A stretch of DNA of 61,200 nt, filler included, from Kipferlia bialata (Eukaryota): NCBI GenBank assembly GCA_003568945.1. It is 4 parts of 4 records of this genome, joined end to end, with 100 filler letters (N's around TTAATTAATTAA, not from the genome) between each part and the next. Parts side by side here need not be neighbours in the genome. Positions count along the whole stretch, not along the records: positions 22,018 to 43,901 come from BDIP01000312.1; 3 more parts are not named here. One strand, given 5' to 3'. Shown in pieces: positions 25,812-39,400 of this stretch. The position numbers and the translations under genes are program-made. Numbering within the stretch: position 1 is the stretch's first letter; the number at the start of each line of letters is the position of its first letter. The notes under the pieces are model-generated. The model worked only from the letters and a program-made list of their open reading frames with translations, was not told the DNA's origin and made no database searches.

Positions 25812-25950
25812 AGGTTAATTAACCGTTAATGGTAACACTTTCAACGACTACACCCTTGCTAGCAGTTTTGTCCAAACCCTTTTCCATTTTTGCCCCTTCG
25901 AGTTGTAGACTGACTAGCCTGTCACCTCTCCACCCTGCTGTCCAGGTGAG
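25812..25950 (+). promoter_or_regulatory. Putative promoter and 5' UTR exon of the downstream gene
   Basis: GTTAATTAAC palindrome, AAACCCTTTT at 25874-25883, then a strong donor CAG|GTGAGT at ~25945. Confidence 0.3.
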
Positions 25951-26701
25951 TGTATACCCCTATGGCAGAGTGTCACCACCTATAATACATAGCGCAGTGT
26001 GTGCGCCGTTGAAATATAGCCTCTAGAGTGTGTGGTCGCGACTGCAGCATTTAACCCAATCTACCACCCTATCATCCTATACACTCTTCTGCTAGCCTAC
26101 TACACTCTCTTTATGCTGTGAATGTACTATGTATGTGTATAGTGTGTGTGTAGGAGTGCAGGGGTGGGTGTCTGTGTGTGTGCAGTGCCTGCTCAATCCA
26201 ATCCAACTCAATCCCACTTCAATCTCCAACTCATTCCACTTCATGCTTCTATACTACCCCACTCATGTCTCTGTATACATCAACCATATCCACTAATGTG
26301 TTGCTGGAGTGGGTAAGAGTGCGTCTAGCGTGGTTAGCATTCAGTACTATATGTTAAGTGTATATATGGACTGCCTATATACGCCTATCAACCAGGTCAT
26401 AACTACCGTCTCTGGGGTCACTATTCACAGTACCCCGAAATGCATTGCTTCTATTCACTATAGTTGAGAGTAGTCTTCCTATTATACCCTCTGTACTCCA
26501 GTGGTTCCCTCCCTCTCTCCCCCCCTCTCTCTCTCCCCCTGCCAGCCCCTCTCATTCGTAGGTAGAGCCACCCTTACTAACTACTCATACCCTTTACCCA
26601 CATTACACTAGATGGGATACACACACATATATATATACCTATGGTCTACATATACATGTGCACTTACATATACTGACGCTCCAGTAGAGAGAGAGAGAGA
26701 G

Positions 26702-27387
26702 ATGGGTAGGGGTAGGCCCAAGAATGGGCCGGGGGGGTTAGAGAGAGAGAGAGAGAGAAGGAAGCCGTCCTCAGCTGATGTGCTGCACAAGAACCTGATA
26801 CTTTACAACAATGGTGCACCAGCTACTGATGAGGTACCTCCCAGTGTATAAATGTATATATATATTTAACCATATATACTTACGTGTGTATGTGTCTATA
26901 TATGTATCATATGATACCTATATTGTGAGTATCGTGAGTATAGTGGACCATACAATACACGTATCATGTACTCAATATATATGTATATAATACACATACA
27001 TATATGTGGGGGGCGGTTCTGAATGTCCTCGCCCCTCTACATATTTGTATCTTAGTGTCCAAACGTGTGTGTTTCTTTACTCTATACTGGAATCAACCCG
27101 CCCATCCCAGCTGCATAAGATATGCCTATTTGGCTGTGTTGTATGTTCCTCTTAGTGGATGTGTCGTATCGTATCGCATCGTATCGTAACTTGTCGTATA
27201 TGTCCACTCATCCAAGGCAGAGCTGGCACGTAAGGTGAACATCGCAAGTCGTGAGTGGGGTAAGACCTGGGCTCAAGACACGAATGAGGTATGTATACTA
27301 ACCTGAGTGTATTGGTATATATATATACATATACATGTTTTTGTATTGAGCTGGATGACCCAGAGAGTGGAGGTACAGTGGTATTGA

Positions 27388-27420
<33 letters not shown>

Positions 27421-30400
27421 ACTCCTATCGTCTGTACAGAAGGGTAAACGTGGCACAATTATATATTAGACATACATATATATACGTAAATGTGTATTAT
27501 ATTTCATGTATCATACATAGTGTACATACATAGTAGTCATGGGAGGGAGCACAAGTTCCAGAGAGGCAGCGTATCCTGAATATCATGTATGACTAAGTAT
27601 ACTATTGTTGATTCATGGTATAATACTGAATATGCTGTTGCAGATACATTATGTTTAACTATCAGGAGAGGAAGAGCAAGTTCCAGCCTGGGACGGTCAC
27701 TCCCAAGGACTTTGAGAAGCTGTCCACCATCAAGAGCCTCAGTTTCATGCTCAAGTGGCTCAAGAAAGGAGGTGAGAGTCGTATATATATGTGTGTGAGT
27801 GTATCTATGTATATGTCAGAGTACCACTGAGGGAGGTCTAGTATATATATATATATTTGCATTCTATTGTTCCTTACCATAGATGGCAAGAAGACTGTGG
27901 ATGGCACCAAGGGGTGGATCCACTACATCGACATGTTCTTCGTGCCCCGGAGAGGGCAAATGGGTTGCATGCCTGTATTGACGACCTTTGATGAGGCTTG
28001 CAGGCGTCGTGTGGAAGAGGTATGCACACATATTTACTCTGTTATACTTTGCTATATCTATTTAGGTATTGGTATATAATATTAACAAAGGCTGAATACT
28101 GTTAAAGTGCAAAGAATCTGAGATAGAGCTCTAATGCACAGATAGTTCATAATTCATATATATAGATAGTGCAGCATACTAGTGACAGATCTACCGCATC
28201 ATGGTGTAATCCTTCTGCATCTTTGTATATGAGTATATATATGTGTGTATATACACTGCAGATGCTCTGCACCATGGAGTGGATGTTATATAGATGTGTA
28301 TATACTTAATTCATAACTCTATTGATCATGGTATATATATATGTTTAGTTTGAGTAGTGTTATACACTAATGACAGATCCGCCGCATCAGTGAGTATGTA
28401 TAGATATATATGTCGTATATACAATGTGTACATTGTATATACTGACAACAGATACTCCGTGTCAGGCAGTTGATCAGAGCTGTCAAGGATGACATACTAC
28501 AGGCTCAGCGTAACAAGGGCGAGAGGTCGAAGGGTACGGGAAGCACGTTTAGTATAAGTGTACAATACATTGAGTATATATAGTATATATGAGTGTAGCT
28601 GTCAAGGATGACAGACTGCAGGCCCAGACAAAGGGTACGTGAGTGTTATTATATGCGTATTTAATTATATTATACGATATTAATATAATAGAAGTATTGT
28701 ATATATATATGAAAATATATTTATGGGACATATGTATATATATACACTCTTGAGATTGATAAGGGAGTCCAGAGGGTACTTGAACGACATATAGTATATA
28801 TACACATGAATCTGTGCATATATTTTACATACATATCAGGGCAATGACCCCTAGGGGCAACTCAATGTATATTCATGTATTCTTTACAGTAATGTATACG
28901 TTTGTTTCTTGTGGTGCACTATATACATATCCGGGAGCACTGACCCATAGGAGCCACCCCAATCATCAGCAAGAGAGAGAGAGAGAGACAGACCACTGAG
29001 GGAGAGAGAGAGCGGCCAAGTGGGGCTGAAGGGGACAGAGAGCCCCCCATGGTATGCGACTGAGTATTATTGTTACAGTTACACATGTATCCAGGCTCTA
29101 TATGCATATGCATTATATACAATCAAGTTTGGTTGGGTGAGACCTATATAGTGTCGATTACATATCAGCTGTGCTACTGATTTCGTAGTTAGCATATCCA
29201 CCGTACAGTCTAGTATATGTGAGAATGACTGTAATTGGCATCTTCGCTATGAAGTGACTAGCATATCAATATATAGTACATACTGTATGCACGCTCACCT
29301 TATTCTCAATGTTTACCGCCGTCACTCTCCATCCATCTCTATGTATCTACGATGCTAACCGTCCAGGCGTCTACCCACCGAGTATATATATGCATGTATG
29401 TTAATACAGTACTACATACATACTATGATATAGTAGTACTGCATCATGCATTGACGATACTAACGCTCCAGCCATCCAGACGCCCAGACGCCAGTGTCCC
29501 AGAGAGGGACGGAGAGAGGGAGAGAGAGGGGGAGAGAGAGAGGGAGGGAGAGAGGGACCAGGGTCCAAGGGCTACTAGGAGAGAGGGTATGATATCTGTA
29601 TATAGGTGTCTACTATACTGAAGGATGGGAAGACCATACTTGTTGGTAATGTATATATTTGCTACATATATTCATATATGTCTACTATAATACTCACTCT
29701 CAGCTGTACCCAAGAAGAAGGGCAAGAAGAAGACTCACTATACTTTCACTATACCATATATCCACGATATATATGATCACCTCTCCCTGACTCCTCAGGG
29801 AAGAAGGGCAAGAAGAAGAAAGAGGAGGGGAAGCCACCCCACCCTCTCACCACACGTGGCCAGAAGCTCAGTCCCAGACCCCCCAAGGTATAGTCGTAAC
29901 TCTTTCTTTCCTAGATATACTTTAGTGTTTCTTGTTGTACCAACCAGAATTCAGAGTCTCTGATATGTCATATATCTATGTACCCCAGCGTGAACATGGT
30001 TGTATTCCTTTCATATACTCAATCGACTTTGTACACATCACTTGTCATCAAGGATTCTACTCTCATTTTCAGACTGGCACCGTAGCCGCTGAGTACACAG
30101 AGTTGGTGTCTCCTGCTAGTGAGCTACCCAAGGGCGCCATCAGCCACCACTCTCCCATACAGGTACCTGAGGTATATATGGGTGTATACTGGTTGTATAT
30201 ATATATATACCACTCTGAAGTACACTATTTCCACACCACATCTACCCATGGCCCCCATCAGCCACCACTCTCCCACACTGGCATGTATCTTCTATATACA
30301 TATATATATATACACATTACATAGTGCAACTGCACACACAGTATAGTGTACAGTATACCACAATATCGTATACGTATGTATATGCTTGCACCTTACTCTG

Positions 30401-33400
30401 AGGCCAAGGACAGTGATGTTACTGACTCAGCGTAGTACCATTTATACCTTGTATGTGAGTATATACATTAATATGAGTATACACGTCACCCTCAGGTCAA
30501 GGAGGGTCACGTGGCCGACACGATCCTCCAGGCCACCTCCCATGCTCACCCCGCTGTCTCTGGTCTAGGCACCCAACCCGAGCCTGCTCCCTCTGCTCAG
30601 AGAGACTCCCCTCCTACACCATCTCATGATGCAGTAGAAGAGGCAGAGACCATCCCTGCTGTGTCTCTAGAGACCCTTGCTAAGACAGGCTATCGGCGTC
30701 CCATGGTGTTTCCAGAGGGGCTAGTAACAGGAGCACAGACCACCACCCACACTGAGGCTCCCCCTCTCCCACTCTCTGCACCTGCTGAGAGTGCATTGGG
30801 AATCCCTGCCAGCGCCCCAATCCCATCTCCCCCAGTGCATACTGCACGTCCTAGTGCTCAGGTCAGTTGTTCTATGTACTCCTATATAGACACTATGAAC
30901 ACGTATACTGCCAGTATGTGATATACGAGACCACGACTGGGTCACCATATATCCTCTTTACAATGTATATGTAATAGTTCATAGGTACAATGGTATGTAT
31001 TGTATATCGTGCATGTATCATTAGATGTTCCCTGTTGTCTCTACAGTGTGGTAGAGTATATATACTATTCACTGCACTGTACTCAGAGCTCATCTATTTT
31101 ATCCCTCACACCCAGACACAGCAGCCTCATTAAACCTCCGGTTGCATATAACATATACACTGTACTATTATCCATACATCGTCTTTGGCACTCACCCCCA
31201 GGCACAGCTGCCTCTATACTTAGCATATATGGTGTATATTTGTGATTGTGATAACTCAGTAGACTCTACAGCTACACACGTCTTCACCAGTACTCACCCC
31301 AGGCACAGCTGCCTACCCCCTCCCCAGTCCAGGATGTACTGTCAGTGCCCTCAGAGAGGGAGAGAGGGGGGGAGAGTGTCGCAGCGTCAGTCCCCGCAAG
31401 TGACAAGGAGAGAGAGAGGGAGAGAGAGAGGGAGCCTCAGGTGTCAGAGAGTGAGTATGAGGTAGAGGTTCAGACAGGGTCAGTGGAGGTAGAGAGAGCA
31501 GCAGAGAGAGAGTGCGAGACTGGTGATAGCAACAACAGATCCCTTGAGACGGGGAGGGAGACAGAGGTAGAGAGCGTGAGTGAGACTGATACCTACGGCC
31601 CTCCTCAGATGGAGATGGAGAGAGAGAGAGAGGTGGACAGAGAGAGAGAGGAGGAGGTGGAGACTGACACCACAGCACCAGTGGAAAGTATGTTAGAGCA
31701 TATAGTACTCACCCATTAGTATACTCCACTATTGCCACGACGACGTATGATGCATTGGTATACTACAGTACACGTCTACCTTCGTCTATTCATATATATT
31801 CACTCTCCCCTCCAGCTTCCCCATATTCTTTCTATACTCATTCATGTACTCCATTTCTCCATCTTCGATATTGCTCTTCACTCTAACCCCAGAGGTGTTC
31901 TACGACTTCAACTTCCTGGTGTATGGCGACCCAGTGGAGGGAATCGACGTGGATGGTCTCAATGTCGACAGGGAGGGAGAGAGGACTTCCATGTCTCCCC
32001 AGGTGCAGTTACCAGGTATGCACCTTTCCAGCCTAAATACGGGATAGTTTATACTATGTATACAATGATAGGTGTATTATATATATATATATCATACATG
32101 ATAGTATATGTATCAACGACAGTGACATATTGCATCATGCAATTTGCATGTACTCTCGCCATGTACCGTATCTACCCAACACCCTCCCCATCAGCACCCT
32201 CCATCAGTCCCATCCGTACACGGTACGGAGGTCACCGTACACCTTACGGTGGCCAGGGTACCCAGGCCCAGTGTACACCTGGTGCAGATGGGCCTCTCTC
32301 TGTTGTGAGGGGGAGAGAGAGACAGACACCACACCTTGGTTCTGCGGCTGTGACAGAGAGCGGGACCTACTCTGGTGCGTGTTACATGGTATTATTGTCA
32401 TATATATATATGTGCATTTACATATATACATGTATTTATACATAATTGTGTGTTGACAGAGGGCGGGAGCTACTCTGGTGCGTTTGTGACTCCATACTGC
32501 ATATATAGTGCTATACTTAGTTAGTATGTGATTATACTTATATGGAGGTGCAGGCGACATCCCATTCAGTGTGAGCAGGAACCTGGTGTATACTACACTC
32601 TATATACTACACATATACCTATTCTACTATACTAATTACTATAGAATGTACGTCGTCTTATCCTAACACTTAGGTGCAATGGACATTCCGTACAGTGTGA
32701 GCAGGAACCTGGTGGGTCGCAGTCCAGATGACCCTGTGGTGAGTGACCCAGTATACTGAAGATACAGTACTACTATAACACATATAGTGTATTATACTAT
32801 ATAGTATGCAGTCCAGGTGATCCTGTAGTGAGTGCTGCAGTATGTAGAAGTTACTGCTGCTATCTACCTCTATGCAATACTCTATATGAATGTATACAGT
32901 GTATAGTGTATATATACTATCACTGCTGACTCTCAGAGACTGATGGAGTCCCGCACCCTCAGACTGCCCCAGTATACAGTGTAGTATATACAGTGTAGTA
33001 TATGTATATAATTACAAATATATATATAATTACTGACTGTCAGAGACTGATGGAGTCCCGCACCCTCGCTGTTGTAGTGTATATACTATACTATATATAT
33101 ATATATACAATATAGTATATATATATATATACTATACACAGAGTTACATCTTACATGCAGAGACTGATGGAGTCCCGCACACTTAGGTTGCTCAAGACCC
33201 GTGCCAGTGTGTCCCATGCCATAGACAGCGGGAGGAGACAGGGGCATGGTACATTCAGGGTGAGTAATATATATAGCAGCATATATAGTAGGATATAGAC
33301 AGTGGTGTCCCATGCCATAGACAGCAGGAGGGGACATGGACAGGGCACATTCAGGGTGAGTATATATAGTGTTAAGTGTATATATATGTATTATAGTGAG

Positions 33401-36400
33401 TGCACATGCCATAGACAGCAGGAGGGGACAGGGGCATGGTACATTCAGGGTGAGTATATATATATAGCAATATATATAGTAGGATATAGACAGTGGTGTC
33501 CCATGCCATAGACAGCAGGAGGGGAGAGGGGCATGGTACATTCCGGGTGAGGATATTATATATATATAGATAGATAGATTTAGATGTTTGTATGTATTCT
33601 ATATATATGGTCCATGCCATAGACAGCAGGAGGGGACATGGACAGGGCACATTCAGGGTATGGTATCACATACATATGTAGTGTATATACTGGTGTCTTG
33701 CGTACATAGTATGTAATATACATCTATACTACCTACACTAGAGTAGGGCACAGGGACAGGGCACGGTATACTTATACATATGATATAATCTAGCGCTATT
33801 GCCTCGTGTCACACGAGTCGTGTGGGTACTTATGGACAGTGACTAGTTCATGCTTACAAGCAGTTAGACTCATATTTTACTCATAGAGTAAACTAGCACT
33901 TGCCCTTACCCTCAGCAGTTGGCCCCTGTCCCTGGTGCAGGCACCATGGGCCAGATGTACACTCCGGCACCAGGAGGTATGTTAGTATATATATAAAATC
34001 AATCAATGTATATATGAATATGTACTCATATATATATATATATAGGTGGCACCATGGGCCAGATGTACACACCGGCACCTGGAGGTATTGTCAAATACAT
34101 ATATACGCGTATATCTATATACGGGCATATAGTTATATTATTATATATTCACAGCATGGGGCATATGTACCCTACGGCACCAGGAGGTATAAATGTACAC
34201 ACTTCTATACATCTATATCTGTCAATATATATATGTGTATATACTCATTCATATCTGTGTTGAGATACTAATCGTAATCATATCGCCTATCCTACCAGCA
34301 CACAGTGCTTCCCTGTCTATACATATGTTCTCTATGTCTACACCACTGTCTGGTTATCTTCTAGTTATATTGTATATATAATGTCTCACAACTCAGCCTA
34401 TCCTGCTGGCCAAAGGTGGTCTCCTATTGCCACCCAGGGAGATGGAGGTACATACAGTACGCATAATGTATATGGAACATGTACTATTCATATATATTCA
34501 CTACATAATAGTATCTGGAGATATATAGTAGGTATACACAACTACGCTATTGTGATTCCCACCCAGGATGATGCAGGTATGTACATATATGGTCACTACA
34601 TTCATATAAATGAATTCATCAGTCGGTCTAACCATCACGTATATACGGAGATGAATGGCAGGGACATATATATATATACATTTGAGTATTCTCAAACATG
34701 TACATATTAGTGTGAATCTAACCAACAGGCCTAGCTGCAGAGTCAGATATATCTATATATATATGCATATTACTATATACATATGTGTGTATCTCACCAC
34801 CAGACCTAGCTGCAGAGTCAGAGACAGAGGAGAATGTCCGTTCTCCCATCCCCGAGTTCGGCACTGACCTACCCGCCAGTCCCTACATCCAGGCAGTAGG
34901 CTACACCCCTCGCCCTCCCACACCGGGCTTCCTGGCACTCTCGCCAGCTGTCTCTCTACCACCACCCCAAGAGACAGTCCAACCCCCACCTGCATCTCCA
35001 ACTCCTGAAGAGCCCTCCGAGCCACGCTCTCCGACTCTCTCTCCCCCTCCTATAGAGACCTTCCAGCCGCTGGAGAGCCTAGTGGCCGAGACACAGACAG
35101 AGAGAGAGGGAGAGATACAGGCAGAGACTGATGCAGAGGTGGAGACTGACAGAGAGATGGAGAGAGAGACAGAGGCGGTGGAGGCTGGAGGAGAGGGAGA
35201 GGGGGAGAGGCTCGGACACCTTGGTGCCCTAGATGGGACTCCGTTCAGCCAGCCTCTCAGTCAGCCCCTCAGTCAGCCTCTCATTGTGCCTCTCAGCGAG
35301 CCCCTCGGTGTGACTGGGGAGCCCGGCCCTTGTGAGTACACAGGCCAGGTACGAATGTATATCATTCTGTTTCAGTATGCACTAGGCTTCAATATTATAT
35401 ACACTAAGCTTATTATACACCACGTCTATATGTTGGATTCTCTATATATGTACTATTTGCCCCATGTGAGTACACAGGCCAGGTATTAATATATCATTCC
35501 CAGTTGTATACAATATATGTTGTATGACTAAATGCATATATGAATGCCAGACAGATTGAATATCGCACCCGTATATAGATACCAATATGATTTAGTGTAT
35601 ATACGATTGTAATCAGAGTAGTACCTGTTGACCCCACAGGGTGCAGAGCCCAGTGATGGAGACAGTGAGGGTGACACCCCATATATATATGCATATATTT
35701 CTATATACTAGTATGTATATGTATGTCTATATATACATACGTTATAGCTTTTGACTCCAGGGTGCAGAGCCCAGTGACAGCAGTGTAACACACTTGTACA
35801 TATATACACATAATAGTAAGTATATATATACCACCATTGTATCTATTGACCCCACAGGATGCAGAGCCCAGTGACAGTGAGGGTGACAGCAGTGAGTCCT
35901 CTGGCAGTGGGTGTTCATCCAGTGAGGTAATACATGGCCATATGTAGTATAGTATATAGTATGGTATTGTATACTCTTGTGCATCTGAAGCGTTATACTA
36001 ATATGTTACATATAAGTAATATGTATGGATTTGTATATACCGCTAACTCTGAGTCCTCTGGCAGTGGGTGTTCATCCAGTGAGGTATTGCAATTGTGTGC
36101 ACAGTACATATATACATGTGATTATATACAATCTGCAGTGTTGCATATGTATGGATGACTGTGAGTGTCTCTCTGGAAGTGGGCCGTACGTATATACAAT
36201 GTGGTATGCTCTCTGTCAGTAGACATGTGCAACATTCATCTGTGTTCTGCATTAGTAGGTTGTCTAACCCGAGAAGGATACACTGCTGTATTATACTCTT
36301 ACCTTAGTTTACTGCTTCTCCATGTACTGATATGCATAATCTCTTACCCCAGGATCCCCCAGTCTGTAGTTACTCTATCTCCATATATATCTTACCTCAG

Positions 36401-39400
36401 GAGCCCCTCGAGGACCAGGCAGTGACCTTGGTAGTCGTCCCTCTGGAGACTGGAGAGGAGACTGCTCAGGCGTCTCTGGCAGTAGGCGGGGGAGAGGAGA
36501 GAGAGGCCCTCGTGTTGGAGAGAGAGGGGGACCTCGCCACTGTGGATGAGGAGGAGGTGGATGCAGTAGGGAAGGGAGAGGAGGGAGAGGAGAGAGAGGA
36601 GAGAGAGACACCCATGGATGAGGTGGTTGTGGATGCAGAGGGAGAGACCCTCACTGCAGGTGCCCTTGCAGGGGGGGACCAGGCTGATACTGACACGGTG
36701 AGTGCAGCTGTGGTGCCTGAGTCTGTGGGAGAGGAGCCTGCCATACAGGTATGTATATAACACTCAGTATATACAGGTATATTTGTACTCACTTATCTGA
36801 TGACATGTGATTATATATCTAACCACCAGGATGGAGGAGAGACTCCCTTTGAGACCGGCGTTCTTGTAGAGGAGGTGGCTATCTCTGCAGGTGCACCCGT
36901 TGCAGAGGAGGACACCATGCACTCTGACACAGCAGACACTGTGAGTACAGTGGTGGTGCCTGAGTCTGAGGGAGAGGCGCCTGCCATACAGGTATGTAGT
37001 GTGCTATATGTGTATTTATATATATCATATGTCTCGTTATTATGTGTGTGTCCCCTGTATCTGACCATCAGGTGAGAGAGGAGCCTGACGTCGGCAGCGA
37101 CGCTCTCGCAGAGGGGGAGTCTATCCCTCTGGCCACACAGGAGGTATGTGTTGTACATAGGGTACCAGTATACGTATGCATATACATACATTGCAAGCAT
37201 CTAGTATGGTGTGTATCTGCATTATACCTAATTAGCAGGTTGCACAGGAGTCTGTCCTCGAGAGTGAGCCTCTTGTAGTGGAGGAGGCCACAGCAGAGGT
37301 AGTGGGACAGGCAGAGACAGACGTTGACGCCGCTGTGCCACAGGAGCAGGGGGTTGTACACACCGAGAGGGAGGGAGAGGGAGGTGTCGAGTACAGTGAG
37401 GACATGGAAGATGACGCTGAGGGTGTAGCCGTTGATGCTGATGCTGCTGTCGCTGTGGACGCTAGGGAGGAGGTTGTGGCTGAGACTGGTGGGGAGGCAG
37501 AGGCAGAGGTAGTGGTGGTTGAGGAGCCCCCCGTCCAGTCCCACATGGTGAAGGGAGAGGTACGGGTTGTGTATGTGATGTATATATTTGCACACGATCT
37601 TTGGGATGCCACCATGATACTACGACTCCTTGTCACTCTATTCGTTGTCTAGAGTCCCTGACCCCAGACTGCTACCCCAGCCAATATGTGACTCGATGAC
37701 CCTATTCATATTATATATATATATGTATATATACTATATATTGTCTCACCCAAGACTGCTGCTCCCCTGGCCGTGCATGTCCCAGAGTCAGTCTCCCAAG
37801 AAGCTGTGTCACTCAGCCACATGCCAGTTGTGAAGACTGAGGTATGAGCATGCATACTACTCCACGACATATCATATGTACACTGCAGTGCAACTACATA
37901 TCCTACATATCCTACATATCCTACATACCCCCATGTGGTCATCATACTAGGACTGATACTACCACTAGTCTTCCTCTGTACTGTAGACTGTAGACTGACC
38001 CCAATGACTAATAGCCCAGCCATACCACACATTAACTACTGTATAGTACATGCTGTATATACTGTGTCTACAGCTCTCTGACCCTCAGACTGCTCTAGCT
38101 GTCAATGAGAGAGCTGCAGAGGCACCTGTGAGTGTCACCCACACCGTACAGCAGGCAGACACTACTGCCCTGTCTACACTGGCTGATGCAGACACTGCTG
38201 ATATGGGCACTAGTGCAGAGTCTGTAGAGGCCATCCCTGAGATCAGCACCCAGGACACTCACATCACCCCCTCCCTCACCAAGTTCATAGAGGCTGTGGC
38301 CGCCCCTGTCGCCGTCGGACCTCTCCCTCTCCCCGGTCAGACTGACACTCTCTCCAGCCTCTCTGCAGTGTCTGCTGACACACTCACAGATGCTCTACAG
38401 AGATCTACGGAGACAGAGACAGAGCCTGCAGCAGTGCCAGAGAGTCAGGATGTGGCTCTTTCTCTTGAGGCTCTGGAGAGTGACCTTTACAGGCGTCTGG
38501 AAGGAGTGCTTGCCCCTGGCGATGTGGACAGGAGAGTGGCACACATCATGGTACTTGCCAGAGGGGACTGTATCGACACTGACAATCCCCTACCACCTCC
38601 ACCCCCTCTCTCTCCTCTCTCTCTCCCTCTCGACACTGACAATCCCCTTCCCCCTCCACCCCCTCTTGGTATCAGTCTCCAGCCAGTGTCCGACAGAGAT
38701 GGTGGTGAGTATGTAGAGGGAGATGGGGAGGAGGCCGAGGATGTAGAGGAGGGCGATGACGAGCCCTACAACTATTTCGGTACCGACGTCGACATCCACT
38801 GTTCAGACGATGCTGAGGTATCAGTGGGGGAGGGAGAGGGAGAGGGAGACAGAGAGGGAGAGGATGGCAACACTGTACCCATGCCCACCTTCGCCACCAC
38901 CATAGAGGAGATACACGCTGGGGAGGAGGATGCTGTACGTGACGCTAGAACTGGCGAGTACAGGGCTCAGATGGCACGCTGCCACTTCATTCTAGGTACC
39001 ACTGTGCTGATTGCTACTATTATTGGGGACACCACTGGATACATATGTCTACGCATGTATACTGGTGGATATGGATATGGGCAACTGCCTCTGCATCACA
39101 CTATATTTATAGGTGTATTTATGGGTGTGTATGTGTACATGTATATATATCTACCATGCCAGTGTCTGATGTCCTGGCCTGTGTGATATACATATGTATA
39201 TACGTCCTAGTATATATATATGTGTGTGTGTGTATATATACATATTTGTATACATGTATATCTATATATAGAGGAACTAACGAGTCAGCGCCTGATGTCC
39301 TGGCCTCTGGGCACACATAGATATGCAAATCCTAGTATACATACACACACACACACATATATATATACATATACATATACATATGTATGCACTTGACACT

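Noticed and set aside
25884..25905. ATTTTTG Sm-site-like motif suggesting an snRNA
   Set aside because: No recognisable U snRNA motifs or flanking stems.
26191..26245. Degenerate CTCAATCCAA-like short repeats
   Set aside because: Low-complexity UTR or intron sequence, too irregular to call telomeric or functional.
33900..33980. CPWCRHH zinc-finger-like motif in the ORF track
   Set aside because: Splice phase and silent echo changes indicate the other frame (QLAPVPGAGTMGQMYTPAPG).
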